A stretch of 64,000 nucleotides of DNA from Dehalococcoidia bacterium (GCA_965237445.1 OZ250142.1:176153-240152), one strand, 5' to 3'. Shown: positions 9,228 to 18,209, counted from the first letter of the stretch. Translations and numbers: made by a program. The notes: generated by a model not told the origin, from the letters alone.

Positions 9228-9488
9228 ATGCTCATCAACATCACTTCAAGTGGTACTACGCTTGTGGCCATAATCCAGCTAATCATTCCAGACGAAGACT
9301 GGAACCGGTTCGTCGCCCAGGCGCGCTTGGAAGAGCGACGGAATGTGGGAAGTTTCGACTCTCCGGAGGCTGCCTACCAGATCTTCTTGGAACATGGCAC
9401 CATCGAAGGGCCGGACGCTGAGCCGGACCAGAGCGGCCAACTGCGTGTCATCGACCAGTCGCGAGCAGGTGTCAAGGCCGGACCATGA
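9228..9488 (+). CDS. small hypothetical protein (possible antitoxin-like partner of a PIN remnant)
   Basis: 86 aa from ATG 9228, preceded by a GGAAGGA RBS. The stop overlaps the next ATG (ATGA at 9485-9488). No family recognised. Confidence 0.35.
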   Translation: MLINITSSGTTLVAIIQLIIPDEDWNRFVAQARLEERRNVGSFDSPEAAYQIFLEHGTIEGPDAEPDQSGQLRVIDQSRAGVKAGP

Positions 9489-9601
9489 TCTTCATCGCCA
9501 CAAGCGTCTTCAAGTATGCGGTGGGAAGACCTCATCCTTTACGCGCCGGTCTTCCTACTTCAATTCTCTTCGCAACAGTACGCCACTTAGCGATTCGGTA
9601 G
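9485..9601 (+). pseudogene. possible truncated PIN-domain (VapC-like) toxin remnant
   Basis: The 38-aa ORF MIFIATSVFKYAVGRPHPLRAGL resembles PIN N-termini (MIxxDTxVxxYAxxxxHPxR), but the catalytic Asp position is Ala and the ORF stops at 9599-9601. Confidence 0.3.
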
Positions 9602-9651
9602 AGCTTCTCAGGGCTACATAGTAGGAACGGCAAGAATTGCAGTTTGCCACG

Positions 9652-9680
9652 TTGCGCACATGCCTATGTGCGTATAGAAT
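9652..9680 (+). promoter_or_regulatory. sigma70-like promoter TTGCGC-N17-TAGAAT with a palindromic operator in the spacer
   Basis: The -35 TTGCGC is at 9652-9657 and the -10 TAGAAT at 9675-9680. A perfect 7-bp inverted repeat, CGCACAT (9655-9661) and ATGTGCG (9666-9672), lies between them, upstream of the Fe-S/NrfD-molybdoenzyme genes. Confidence 0.5.
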
Positions 9681-9829
9681 CCACTGAACACCATTCCACT
9701 AGACGGTGGCACGCCATTTGTAGCTCAACGCTGCCCGCGCCCAGCAATCGCGACGAGTCCGGCACTGCCGAGGACGAATCCACTTGCGCGTGTCCGGGGC
9801 CCCACGCTGAGCCCGCGCTCGAACGCGGT

Positions 9830-11386
9830 GTGCTGTGGGGCAAGGTCATCGACAACCGCAGGTGCATCGGCTGCCACGCCTGCACTGTTGCCTGCAAGCA
9901 GGAACACAGCGTCCCGATAGGCGTCACCCGGACGTACGTCAAGCAGGTGGAAGTGGGCCGCTTCCCGGACGTGTCCCGCCACTTTCAGGTCACGCGCTGC
10001 AACCAGTGTTCGGACCCTCCCTGTGTGAACATCTGCCCAACTGGCGCCATGTACCAGCGGCCGGACGGGATCGTTGACTTCGACCGCTCGGCCTGCATCG
10101 GCTGCCAGGCTTGCATCGCGGCCTGCCCTTACGACGCGATCTACATCGACCCCGTCTCGAACTCTGCCGAGAAGTGCAACTTCTGCAGCCACCGCGTTGA
10201 CGCCGGCCTGCAGCCAGCGTGTGTGGCCGTGTGCCCAACGCAGGCGATCATCGTCGGCGACCTGAACGACCCGGACAGCGAGATCGCATCGATAGTCTCC
10301 GAGCATGAAGTCAAGGTCAGGAAGCCCGAGAAAAAGACAGACCCAAAGCTGTTCTATGTAAACGGCCAAGCCTCCGCGCTGGAGCCAAGCGCCGCATCGT
10401 TCGGGGGGATGTATCCATCAGTTGAGAGGCAGGCTTCCTCGGTCGCGCCGGGCCGGCCGAGCAACACAGGCATCAACGGTGACCGGACGCCTCGTCCTGC
10501 TGAGTCGCCGGGTGAGACGGCCGCGGCGGCCATTCTCGCCTACGACAACCGGCATTCCGCGCCATGGAACTGGAAGGTCTCTGCCTACACGTGGACGAAG
10601 TCGGTGGCTGCCGGAGCCGTCATGCTGAGCGCGGCCTTGGGCATAGCGGGGAGGCCGCTGGACCGCACCGATGAGTTAGGGGCCCTCGGCATCGCCGGCT
10701 TGTTCCTGCTAATGACGGTCGTCCTCCTGGTGTTGGACCTTACTCATCCCAGACGCTTCTTCTTTACGCTAACAAGGCCGCGATGGGGATCCTGGGTGAC
10801 GAGAGGAGCCTGGATCATTGGCCTGTTCGGAGCGTACATCCCGGCCCATGCGTTCATGCTCGCAGCGGACTTCGAGGGGGCTGCGCAGGTGTTGCGCTGG
10901 GTTGGGGCACCGCTGGGAGCCGCTGCGGGAGCATATACGGCCTTTCTGTTCATACAAGCCAAGGGCCGCGACCTATGGCAGGACCATGCGCTGCCTATCC
11001 ACTTCCTTGTCCGGACGGCGCTAGCCGGGTCTGCCGCGCTGGTGATTGTCGCTCTGATCTTTGGAAGCAGCACCCCGGGCATCGACTTGGCGCATTGGAT
11101 ACTGGTGGGCACGCTCGCTGGGCACCTCGCGTTGCTGGCAGGCCACCTGCACACCGGCCGGCTGTCGACCGACGGCCGGACTGCCGCGCGCAACCTCACC
11201 GTCGGGCGATTTCGTACGCACTTCTGGAGTGCTGCCATCGCCGGTACGGCTGCGCCCCTGGTGCTGGCTGCAGCGTTTCCGTCGACGGGGCCGGTCCAAG
11301 CCGCGGCAGCAATACTCGCGCTCACGGGACTCGCGGCGTACGAGCACGCGTTCGTTCAGGCCGGCCAATCGGTACCGCTGAGCTAG
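9830..11386 (+). CDS. fusion protein: 4x[4Fe-4S] ferredoxin subunit (DmsB/PsrB/SoeB-like) joined to an NrfD/PsrC-like membrane quinone-interacting subunit
   Basis: Cys clusters are CIGCHACTVACK, CNQCSDPPCVNICP, CIGCQACIAACP and CNFCSHRVDAGLQPACVAVCP. A Ser/Pro/Ala-rich linker follows, then a polytopic hydrophobic domain (roughly 10560-11380). The start is uncertain: GTG 9830 is preferred over TTG 9644 because the promoter at 9652-9680 lies inside the longer ORF. Confidence 0.8.
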   Translation: MLWGKVIDNRRCIGCHACTVACKQEHSVPIGVTRTYVKQVEVGRFPDVSRHFQVTRCNQCSDPPCVNICPTGAMYQRPDGIVDFDRSACIGCQACIAACPYDAIYIDPVSNSAEKCNFCSHRVDAGLQPACVAVCPTQAIIVGDLNDPDSEIASIVSEHEVKVRKPEKKTDPKLFYVNGQASALEPSAASFGGMYPSVERQASSVAPGRPSNTGINGDRTPRPAESPGETAAAAILAYDNRHSAPWNWKVSAYTWTKSVAAGAVMLSAALGIAGRPLDRTDELGALGIAGLFLLMTVVLLVLDLTHPRRFFFTLTRPRWGSWVTRGAWIIGLFGAYIPAHAFMLAADFEGAAQVLRWVGAPLGAAAGAYTAFLFIQAKGRDLWQDHALPIHFLVRTALAGSAALVIVALIFGSSTPGIDLAHWILVGTLAGHLALLAGHLHTGRLSTDGRTAARNLTVGRFRTHFWSAAIAGTAAPLVLAAAFPSTGPVQAAAAILALTGLAAYEHAFVQAGQSVPLS

Positions 11387-11405
11387 CCGGGACAAGGGAG
11401 GGACC

Positions 11406-14333
11406 ATGACGAACAGGGCCAAAGACAGCAAGGACCTCCTGCGGACGCCTGCCGGCGGCGGTCTGGCCGCGAGTCCGCCTCCGGAGCAATGGGACCACTG
11501 GGAAGAAGCTGACCCCCGAGAGGCGCCCGGCTCACAAAAGCGGAGCTATACGATCGTTCCGACGGTTTGCTTCAACTGCGAGTCGGCCTGCGGACTGCTG
11601 GCGTACGTAGACAAAAGTAACAGGGAGATCAGGAAGCTGGAGGGCCATCCGCTTCACCCGGGGAGCCGGGGACGGAACTGTCCCAAGGGGCCGGCCACAC
11701 TGAACCAGATCAACAACCCGGACCGCATTCTCAAGCCGCTGAGGCGTGTCGGGCCCCGGGGAAAGGGTCGTTGGGAGGAAGTTGGCTGGGACGAGGCGCT
11801 GGACGACATTGCGGGACGAGTCCGCGAAGCGATTCAAGCAGACCGGCGCGACTCGGTCGTGTATCACGTCGGGCGGCCGGGCGAGGACCTGTTCACGGAA
11901 CGAGTGCTAACCGCGTGGGGAGTGGACGGTCACAACTCCCACACCAACGTGTGCTCGGCTGCCGCCCGGACCGGGTATGCGTTCTGGATGGGTATGGACC
12001 GGCCCAATCCCGACCACGAGAACGCCCGGTTCATGCTGTTGATGTCTTCCCACCTGGAGTCAGGGCACTACTTCACACCGCACGCGCAGCGCATCATCGA
12101 GTCCAAGCTCAAGGGCGGGAAGGTGTGTGTGCTGGACACCCGGTTGTCCAACACGGCGTCACAGGCCGACCGCTGGCTCTCGCCATGGCCGGGAACGGAG
12201 CCCGGCCTGCTGCTTGCCATAGCCAACTATCTCATTCAACGTGACCTGATCGACAAGGACTTCGTGCGCCGCTGGACTAACTGGAGGGAGCTCCTTGACG
12301 ACGGCCCATACCTGGCTGAACTCAGAGCTAGCGGGCATATCCAAGACGTTCCACAGCGACGGGAGTTCAAGGACTTTCTTACCTTACTCAAGCAGCTCTA
12401 CGCGCCCTACACGCTGGAGTGGGCGGAGGCTGAGACTGAGATCCCGGCCACAGAGCTCGCATCCGTCGCGGAGGAGATCGCAGCGGCGGGAACGGCGTTC
12501 GCCGCGCACGTATGGCGGAACGCGGCGGCGGGGCACCTTGGCGGATGGATGTCGGCCCGCTGTCTCTTCTTTCTCAATGTACTCACCGGTTCGGTCGGCA
12601 CACGGGGAGGCGTGATTCCAAACTCCTGGACCAAGTTCGTCCCCAGTCCGCACTCTCACCCAGATCACATCAAGACGTGGAACAGCGTCCACTGGCCGGA
12701 TGAGTACCCCCTCGCGCACTTCGAAATGGGATATCTGTTGCCCCATCTGATGAAAGAGCAGAGTCACTCCCTGGATGTTTACTTCACGAGAGCCCACAAC
12801 CCCGTCTGGACGAACCCGGACGGCACTTCGTGGATAGACATGCTGGAGGGCGACAGTGTGGGCCTGCACGTGGCCCTCTCCCCTGTCTGGTGCGAGACGG
12901 CACAGTGGGCGGACTACGTGCTTCCGACCGGCCTGGGAGCGGAACGGCACGACCTTCACTCCTACGAGACTCACGCATCGCAGTGGATCGGCTTCCGGCA
13001 GCCCGTAGTTCGCGAAGCGATGGCACGCGACGGGGAGCACATAGGCGATACGAGGCAGGCCAATCCCGGTGAGGTATGGGAGGAGAACGAGTTCTGGTTT
13101 GAACTGTCGTGGCGCATAGACCCGGACGGCTCGCTCGGCATCCGGCAACACTTCGAATCACCGCAACGTCCCGGAGAAAAGATCACGGTCGACGAGTACT
13201 ACGACTGGATCTTCGAGAACTCGGTGCCCGGACTGGTGGAGAAGGCTACCGAGGAGGAACTGACGCCGGGCCAGTACATGCGGCGATACGGAGCCTTCGA
13301 GTTAACAAACGACGTGTACGGCAGGCACGAGCAACGGTTGCCGGGCTCGGTACTCGATGGGGCGGCAGTCGACGAGAATACAGGCTTTGTCTGGAGTGCA
13401 CGGCAACCGCGTGCCGTGAACTGGCGGCCGTTCCCCGGGCCGTTCAAGGACGAGAGAGGGCGATTCAGGTTGGGAGTCCAGTTAGACGGTGTGCCCGTAG
13501 AAGGGTTCCCGACGCCTTCCGGCAAGCTGGAGTTCTTTTCGACAACCTTGAAGGACTGGGGATGGCCAGAGTACGCCCTGCCCTACTATCCCCTCAACGC
13601 GAAGGACCGAGAACGGGCGCCTGCGCTGGTCAGCCAGGTCCACCGCTCCCGGATAGACCATGCCAAGTCGGAGTATTGCCTGTTGCCCACGTTCCGTCTG
13701 CCCAACCTCATCCACACGAGAACGAACGGCGCGAAGTGGCTTCACGAGATTGCCCACACGAACCCGGTCTGGATCAACCCCATCGACGCTTCGAGAATCG
13801 GCGTGTCTGCCGGAGATCTCGCCAGGGTGGAGACGGAACTCGGCCACTTCGTCGACCGCGTGTGGGTGACGGAAAGTGTGCGGCCGGGCGTTATCGCGTG
13901 CTCCCACCACCTCGGCAGGTGGAGGCGGTACGAAGACCACGGCAGCGACCGGTGGAACTCAGCGCTGGTGGACCTGGCCGATAGCGAAGGCGTGTGGACG
14001 ATGCGGCAGAAGCAGGGAATGACGGCGTGGAAGTCTTCGGACCCGGACTCGGAGCGGCTATGGTGGACCGACGGCGGCGTGCACCAGAACCTGGCGATGC
14101 CGGTGCAACCGGACCCGATCAGCGGCCAGCACTGCTGGCACCAGAAGGTGCGCGTTATCGCAGCAGGGCCAGACGACCAATACGGTGATATCACCGCGGA
14201 CTCAACCAAATCATACGATGCGTACCAGCGTTGGAAGGAGCTGTGCAGGCCGGGGCCAGGCCCCGGCGGTCTGCGTAGGCCGTACTGGCTTCAGAGGCCC
14301 CTGAAGCCGGCTTTCAGTGCGTACTTCAAGTAG
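11406..14333 (+). CDS. molybdopterin (bis-MGD) oxidoreductase catalytic subunit, Psr/Phs/Soe-like, no Tat signal
   Basis: 975 aa. The N-terminal Fe-S motif is CFNCESACGLLAYV ... GRNCPKG, and a candidate Mo-ligand Cys lies in HTNVCSAAAR. The first 60 aa (MTNRAKDSKDLLRTPAGGGLAASPPPEQWDHWEE...) lack an RRxF twin-arginine motif. Confidence 0.85.
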   Translation: MTNRAKDSKDLLRTPAGGGLAASPPPEQWDHWEEADPREAPGSQKRSYTIVPTVCFNCESACGLLAYVDKSNREIRKLEGHPLHPGSRGRNCPKGPATLNQINNPDRILKPLRRVGPRGKGRWEEVGWDEALDDIAGRVREAIQADRRDSVVYHVGRPGEDLFTERVLTAWGVDGHNSHTNVCSAAARTGYAFWMGMDRPNPDHENARFMLLMSSHLESGHYFTPHAQRIIESKLKGGKVCVLDTRLSNTASQADRWLSPWPGTEPGLLLAIANYLIQRDLIDKDFVRRWTNWRELLDDGPYLAELRASGHIQDVPQRREFKDFLTLLKQLYAPYTLEWAEAETEIPATELASVAEEIAAAGTAFAAHVWRNAAAGHLGGWMSARCLFFLNVLTGSVGTRGGVIPNSWTKFVPSPHSHPDHIKTWNSVHWPDEYPLAHFEMGYLLPHLMKEQSHSLDVYFTRAHNPVWTNPDGTSWIDMLEGDSVGLHVALSPVWCETAQWADYVLPTGLGAERHDLHSYETHASQWIGFRQPVVREAMARDGEHIGDTRQANPGEVWEENEFWFELSWRIDPDGSLGIRQHFESPQRPGEKITVDEYYDWIFENSVPGLVEKATEEELTPGQYMRRYGAFELTNDVYGRHEQRLPGSVLDGAAVDENTGFVWSARQPRAVNWRPFPGPFKDERGRFRLGVQLDGVPVEGFPTPSGKLEFFSTTLKDWGWPEYALPYYPLNAKDRERAPALVSQVHRSRIDHAKSEYCLLPTFRLPNLIHTRTNGAKWLHEIAHTNPVWINPIDASRIGVSAGDLARVETELGHFVDRVWVTESVRPGVIACSHHLGRWRRYEDHGSDRWNSALVDLADSEGVWTMRQKQGMTAWKSSDPDSERLWWTDGGVHQNLAMPVQPDPISGQHCWHQKVRVIAAGPDDQYGDITADSTKSYDAYQRWKELCRPGPGPGGLRRPYWLQRPLKPAFSAYFK

Positions 14334-14372
14334 CCGATGCCCGTGGCATTCCTCGGTACCATTCGGCAATGC

Positions 14373-14402
14373 TTGACAGCGGGAAAACGCCATTGCTAGG
14401 AT
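14373..14402 (+). promoter_or_regulatory. candidate promoter TTGACA-N18-TAGGAT
   Basis: TTGACA at 14373-14378 and TAGGAT at 14397-14402 lie about 90 nt upstream of ATG 14493. A GC hairpin (14445-14462) sits between them, so the assignment is tentative. Confidence 0.35.
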
Positions 14403-14492
14403 TCCGGCAGTGGACGACCCGCCTGATAGTAGCAGCTTAGCGATGCGCCGGCCTTCCGGCGCTCTTTCGACTCGCCCGGCGACAGGCTAGCC

Positions 14493-15266
14493 ATGTCAAA
14501 AGTCGCGGGCGTCGTCCTTGCCGGTGGCAAGGGTACCAGACTCAATTCCCCCACCCCCAAAGTGCTCCACCACGTCTGCGGCAGGGAGATCATTTCCATC
14601 GTCGTGGAAGTCGCTCTGACGTCCGGATGCGAGCCGGTCGCAGTGGTCGTTCCGCCGGATCACGGCGCGTTCATAGATGCACTCGGGGACAGCGTGTCGT
14701 ACGCCGTACAGGACAGGCCACTCGGAAGCGGTCATGCGCTTCTGAGCGCCCGTGCGCTGCTCGAAAACAGCGACCACGTGACCGTCTTCAACGGAGACTG
14801 GCCGCTCGTGGAATCGGACACGGTAACCGAATTGGTCCGGCGCCACATCAGCAGCGGCGCTGCAGTAACTTTGCTTACCTCCGAGCTCACTTCCGCCGCC
14901 GGCATGGGACGCATCGTCCGAGACTCGCAAGGCCAAGTGTGCGCGATTGTCGAGGAGCTGGAGGCAAGCGAAGAGGTACTGGCCATCAAGGAGGTCAATG
15001 CGGGCCTCTATTGCCTCGACGGTTCGTGGGCGTGGGACGCCGCAGCCGAACTGAGGCCCTCTGGACTCAAAGGCGAAATCTACCTCACGGACCTGGTGTC
15101 CAAGGCCGTGGCGGATGGGCGGAAGATCGCCGCTGTGCGAACCGGCCGGCCATACGCAAACTTCGGCGTGAACACAAGGGAAGAGCTGGCTCAGACGGAA
15201 GCCGCCCTGCGCGATCGCCAGAGCCGGCAAGCTGTGCTCGGCCCGATGGCTGCAACAGCGGGATAG
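14493..15266 (+). CDS. sugar-1-phosphate nucleotidyltransferase, GlmU N-terminal-domain-like (no acetyltransferase domain)
   Basis: 257 aa with VVLAGGKGTRLNSPTPKVLHHVCGREII (the GxGTRL/K signature). There is no left-handed beta-helix hexapeptide region. Confidence 0.75.
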   Translation: MSKVAGVVLAGGKGTRLNSPTPKVLHHVCGREIISIVVEVALTSGCEPVAVVVPPDHGAFIDALGDSVSYAVQDRPLGSGHALLSARALLENSDHVTVFNGDWPLVESDTVTELVRRHISSGAAVTLLTSELTSAAGMGRIVRDSQGQVCAIVEELEASEEVLAIKEVNAGLYCLDGSWAWDAAAELRPSGLKGEIYLTDLVSKAVADGRKIAAVRTGRPYANFGVNTREELAQTEAALRDRQSRQAVLGPMAATAG

Positions 15267-15275
15267 CCAGATAGC

Positions 15276-16559
15276 ATGTACGGAGAAATCACAATTCCTG
15301 CAATCATCCTGGGACTTGGCCTTGCGTGGGTCCTTGCCATTTGGCCTATAGAGACGAGCTTCGCGGCCGCCAGACGCCAGGGCATGCGCAACCTGGCCGC
15401 CAAGCATCCGGACCGGCGAGACGTGTTCTTGGCGCTCGCCAATCTCCCGTTCGGCCCCAACGCTGGGCTGACGGTCTTACGGGTGCTCGCCCTCTCTGCC
15501 GCGATTGCCTCTGCAGCAAGTCTCCTGTTGACCAGGACCGAAGTAGGCTGGCTCCTGCTTGGGGGAACGTGCCTCGGTTTCCTGCTTTTCACGACGTCGG
15601 CGCATGCGATCGCTGGCGCTGTTGCGGGAGCGTACGGCGAGCGGCTTACCGTAGCGTCTTCCGCAACTGTGCTGTGGACTTGCCGGTTCCTGTATCCGCT
15701 GGCGTGGGCGCAGCAGAGGCTCATCTGGATACTCATGGCTGCCACCGGGCGGCATCGTCAGGATGAGGACGACGACGCACTTTCCGACGTGCCACTGTCC
15801 CTGACCTCGGACGGAGAGCCGCTCGACGAAACGGAACGGCGCATGATCCGGGGCGTGATCACGCTGGATGACACAGCCGCCAGGGAGATCATGATTCCAA
15901 GGCCAGACATGGTCGCGGCGGAGATAGGCACACCAATCTCGGAGCTTGCCGACACCATGCTTTCCGCCGGCCACAGTCGCATCCCCATTTTCGAGGGGTC
16001 GCTCGACAACATCCTTGGAGTGGCGTACGCAAGGGACATACTGCAACGGTTCAGTCAAGGCACCGAGGGCGCAGTTGTCGGGACGAACGTGGTCCGTCCC
16101 GTGCTGTTCATCCCGGAGGCCAAGAATCTTGGAGAGCTTCTCGAAGAGTTCAAGAGCAGCCGCGTGCACATGGCAATCGTAATCGACGAGTACGGCGGCG
16201 TTTCAGGGCTGGTCACCATCGAGGACCTGCTGGAGGAGATCGTCGGCGAAATCATGGACGAATTCGACCTCGAACGCCAGGACGTGCGGCCTTTGAGCGA
16301 GACCGAATTCCTTTTGGACGCAGGCATCGGCATTGACGACCTCCGTGAGCTCGTCGGCGTTGCGGTGAAGGGCAACGGCTTCGACACTCTCGGAGGGCTC
16401 GTTTTCGAGCGCCTGGGAAAGATTCCCAGCCCCGGTGACATCGTGGACGAGCACGGCGTGCAGATAAGGGTGATTTCGACCGAGGGACGCCGGCCGAAGA
16501 CGCTCCGTGTGACGAAGGTCTTCCAGGCGGAGCAGAGAAAGGACCGAGAGTCGGTCTAG
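15276..16559 (+). CDS. HlyC/CorC (CNNM) family transporter with CBS pair and CorC_HlyC domain
   Basis: 427 aa. An N-terminal 4-TM DUF21-like region is followed by CBS-type segments (AREIMIPRPDMV..., HMAIVIDEYGGVSGLVTIEDLLEEIVGEI) and a C-terminal transporter-associated domain. Confidence 0.85.
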   Translation: MYGEITIPAIILGLGLAWVLAIWPIETSFAAARRQGMRNLAAKHPDRRDVFLALANLPFGPNAGLTVLRVLALSAAIASAASLLLTRTEVGWLLLGGTCLGFLLFTTSAHAIAGAVAGAYGERLTVASSATVLWTCRFLYPLAWAQQRLIWILMAATGRHRQDEDDDALSDVPLSLTSDGEPLDETERRMIRGVITLDDTAAREIMIPRPDMVAAEIGTPISELADTMLSAGHSRIPIFEGSLDNILGVAYARDILQRFSQGTEGAVVGTNVVRPVLFIPEAKNLGELLEEFKSSRVHMAIVIDEYGGVSGLVTIEDLLEEIVGEIMDEFDLERQDVRPLSETEFLLDAGIGIDDLRELVGVAVKGNGFDTLGGLVFERLGKIPSPGDIVDEHGVQIRVISTEGRRPKTLRVTKVFQAEQRKDRESV

Positions 16560-17911
16560 CCTACCGGCGGCCTCAGATCGACTCCCAGCGCCACTTCGCA
16601 CCATCGCGCGGCCCACAGTAGCCGCGTCTCGGCGAACGGCGCCGCCCCCAACTGCAACCCAAGCGGCATTCCGCACCCACTGAGCCCGGACGGGATGCTC
16701 ACGGTTGGAAATCCGCACGTCGTCCAGGGTGACTGGAACATTGGGTCACCTGTCGTCGTGAGGTCCTCCGGTGCGGGCGTTGCCGTGGTAGGGGTAAGAA
16801 GAACATCGTAGCCTTCAGTGGCATCGGTCATAGCCTGGGTGAACTCACGCTGCGTCCTCTTGGCCCGTACGTACTCGCGCGCCGTCAGAGCGTTGCCCTC
16901 CTCAAGCAGCGTGCGAATCTTCGACGCGTAGTCGTGCGGGCGCTGGGCGAAATCGCGCCTGTGCACGTCAGCGGCTTCGGACCGCATGATGATGCCGTGC
17001 GCCGAAATGAGTTCATCGAAGTCAAACGTCACGGAGGTTTCCTCGACAATGGCCCCGGCGCTTTCAATGGTTCGGGCAGCCGCCTTTGTGTGGTCCCAGA
17101 CCTCATCCGTCGAGTGCTCCTTGTAGAAGCTCGCAATCAGCCCGATGCGAGGCGACGAGGTTCGTACGCTCAGGGCCCCTCGGTAGTCTGGCACGGGCCG
17201 CTTGGACGACGCGTGGTCCTGCGGATCGTGTCCCGCCATCACACCGAGAACAATGGCCACGTCCTCCACCGTTCGGGCGAAGTGGCCCATAGTGTCGAGC
17301 GATTCCGCCACGGCGAACACGCCGCGCCTGCTAATCCGGCCGAACGTGGGCTTCAGGCCTACGACGCCGTTGTAGGACGCAGGGCGCAGTACCGAGCCTC
17401 CGGTCTGCGAGCCGAGCGCGAACGGGAAGGCGCGGGCCGCCACGCCGGCAGCCGACCCGCTGCTGGACCCGCCGGGGGTGCGCGCCGTGTTCCAGGGGTT
17501 GCGTGTGGGCGAAGGGTCGCCCCAAGCGAACTGCGTTGTCACGGTCTTGCCCATCATGATCGCCCCGGCGGCGCGCAGGCGAGCCACGCTGTCGGCGTCC
17601 GCATCGGGCATGAAGTCGGTGTAGATGGGCGAGCATGCGGTCGTCCTCACGCCGGCGGTGTGGAAGATGTCCTTCACCCCCATGGGCACTCCGTGGAGTG
17701 GGCCGCGCGGTCCCGAGGCGTCCAGCGCCCTCTGGCTCTCTTCGGCAGCGGTAAGGGCGGAGTCAGGATCGAGCGTGACCCACAGGCGCAGATCGTTCTC
17801 AAGCGTCTCCGACCTCGCGAGCACCGACCGCATCAGCTCGACGGCTGACAGTCGCCGGGCGGCGATCTCGGCGGCCGCCTGCGCCACGGTGAGGTCGTAT
17901 GGTTGGGTCAT
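16556..17911 (-). CDS. amidase (amidase-signature family, GatA-like)
   Basis: 451 aa with the amidase signature GGSSSGSAAGVAA. The stop shares the CTAG tetranucleotide with the convergent CorC gene. Confidence 0.85.
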   Translation of the reverse strand: MTQPYDLTVAQAAAEIAARRLSAVELMRSVLARSETLENDLRLWVTLDPDSALTAAEESQRALDASGPRGPLHGVPMGVKDIFHTAGVRTTACSPIYTDFMPDADADSVARLRAAGAIMMGKTVTTQFAWGDPSPTRNPWNTARTPGGSSSGSAAGVAARAFPFALGSQTGGSVLRPASYNGVVGLKPTFGRISRRGVFAVAESLDTMGHFARTVEDVAIVLGVMAGHDPQDHASSKRPVPDYRGALSVRTSSPRIGLIASFYKEHSTDEVWDHTKAAARTIESAGAIVEETSVTFDFDELISAHGIIMRSEAADVHRRDFAQRPHDYASKIRTLLEEGNALTAREYVRAKRTQREFTQAMTDATEGYDVLLTPTTATPAPEDLTTTGDPMFQSPWTTCGFPTVSIPSGLSGCGMPLGLQLGAAPFAETRLLWAARWCEVALGVDLRPPVG

Positions 17912-18209
17912 TAAGTCACATTGCCCCGAGTGCGATTCCAGACTTCTACGTGCTCGGCGGCAGGGCCGCCACCGGGCTATGATAGCTTACCGAGGGTGGG
18001 CATTAGTTGAGAGCGGCCCACACTTACTCAATGCCGGGGACGGAGAGCAGATTGAATGCCGGAGGTCTAAAGTGCCGCGTCAATGAAGCATGAGAATTGA
18101 GCAAACAATCACTAACCATACAGGCACATGCGATTTCGACTTTTGGGTTTCAAGTGTCGCAACGGACAATGTATGGCCGACAGGCGCGGAACTGTCCTTG
18201 GCCTAATCC

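Noticed and set aside
9337-9347. An 11-mer GACGGAATGTG identical to part of module A, and a 12/13 match TCAAGTGTCGCAA at 18150-18162.
   Set aside because: With about 135 query words against 128 kb of sequence, several such matches are expected by chance. Neither site has an iteron array around it.
9644-9829. 62-aa N-terminal extension of the Fe-S/NrfD fusion ORF.
   Set aside because: It contains a near-consensus promoter (9652-9680) and has no ferredoxin-like sequence. DmsB-type proteins normally begin a few residues before the first CxxCxxC.
14445-14467. GC hairpin GCGCCGG-ccTT-CCGGCGC followed by TCTTT as terminator of the molybdoenzyme operon.
   Set aside because: The U-tract is weak and the hairpin lies downstream of the candidate promoter for the next gene. 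It could equally be a 5'-UTR structure, so I did not call it.
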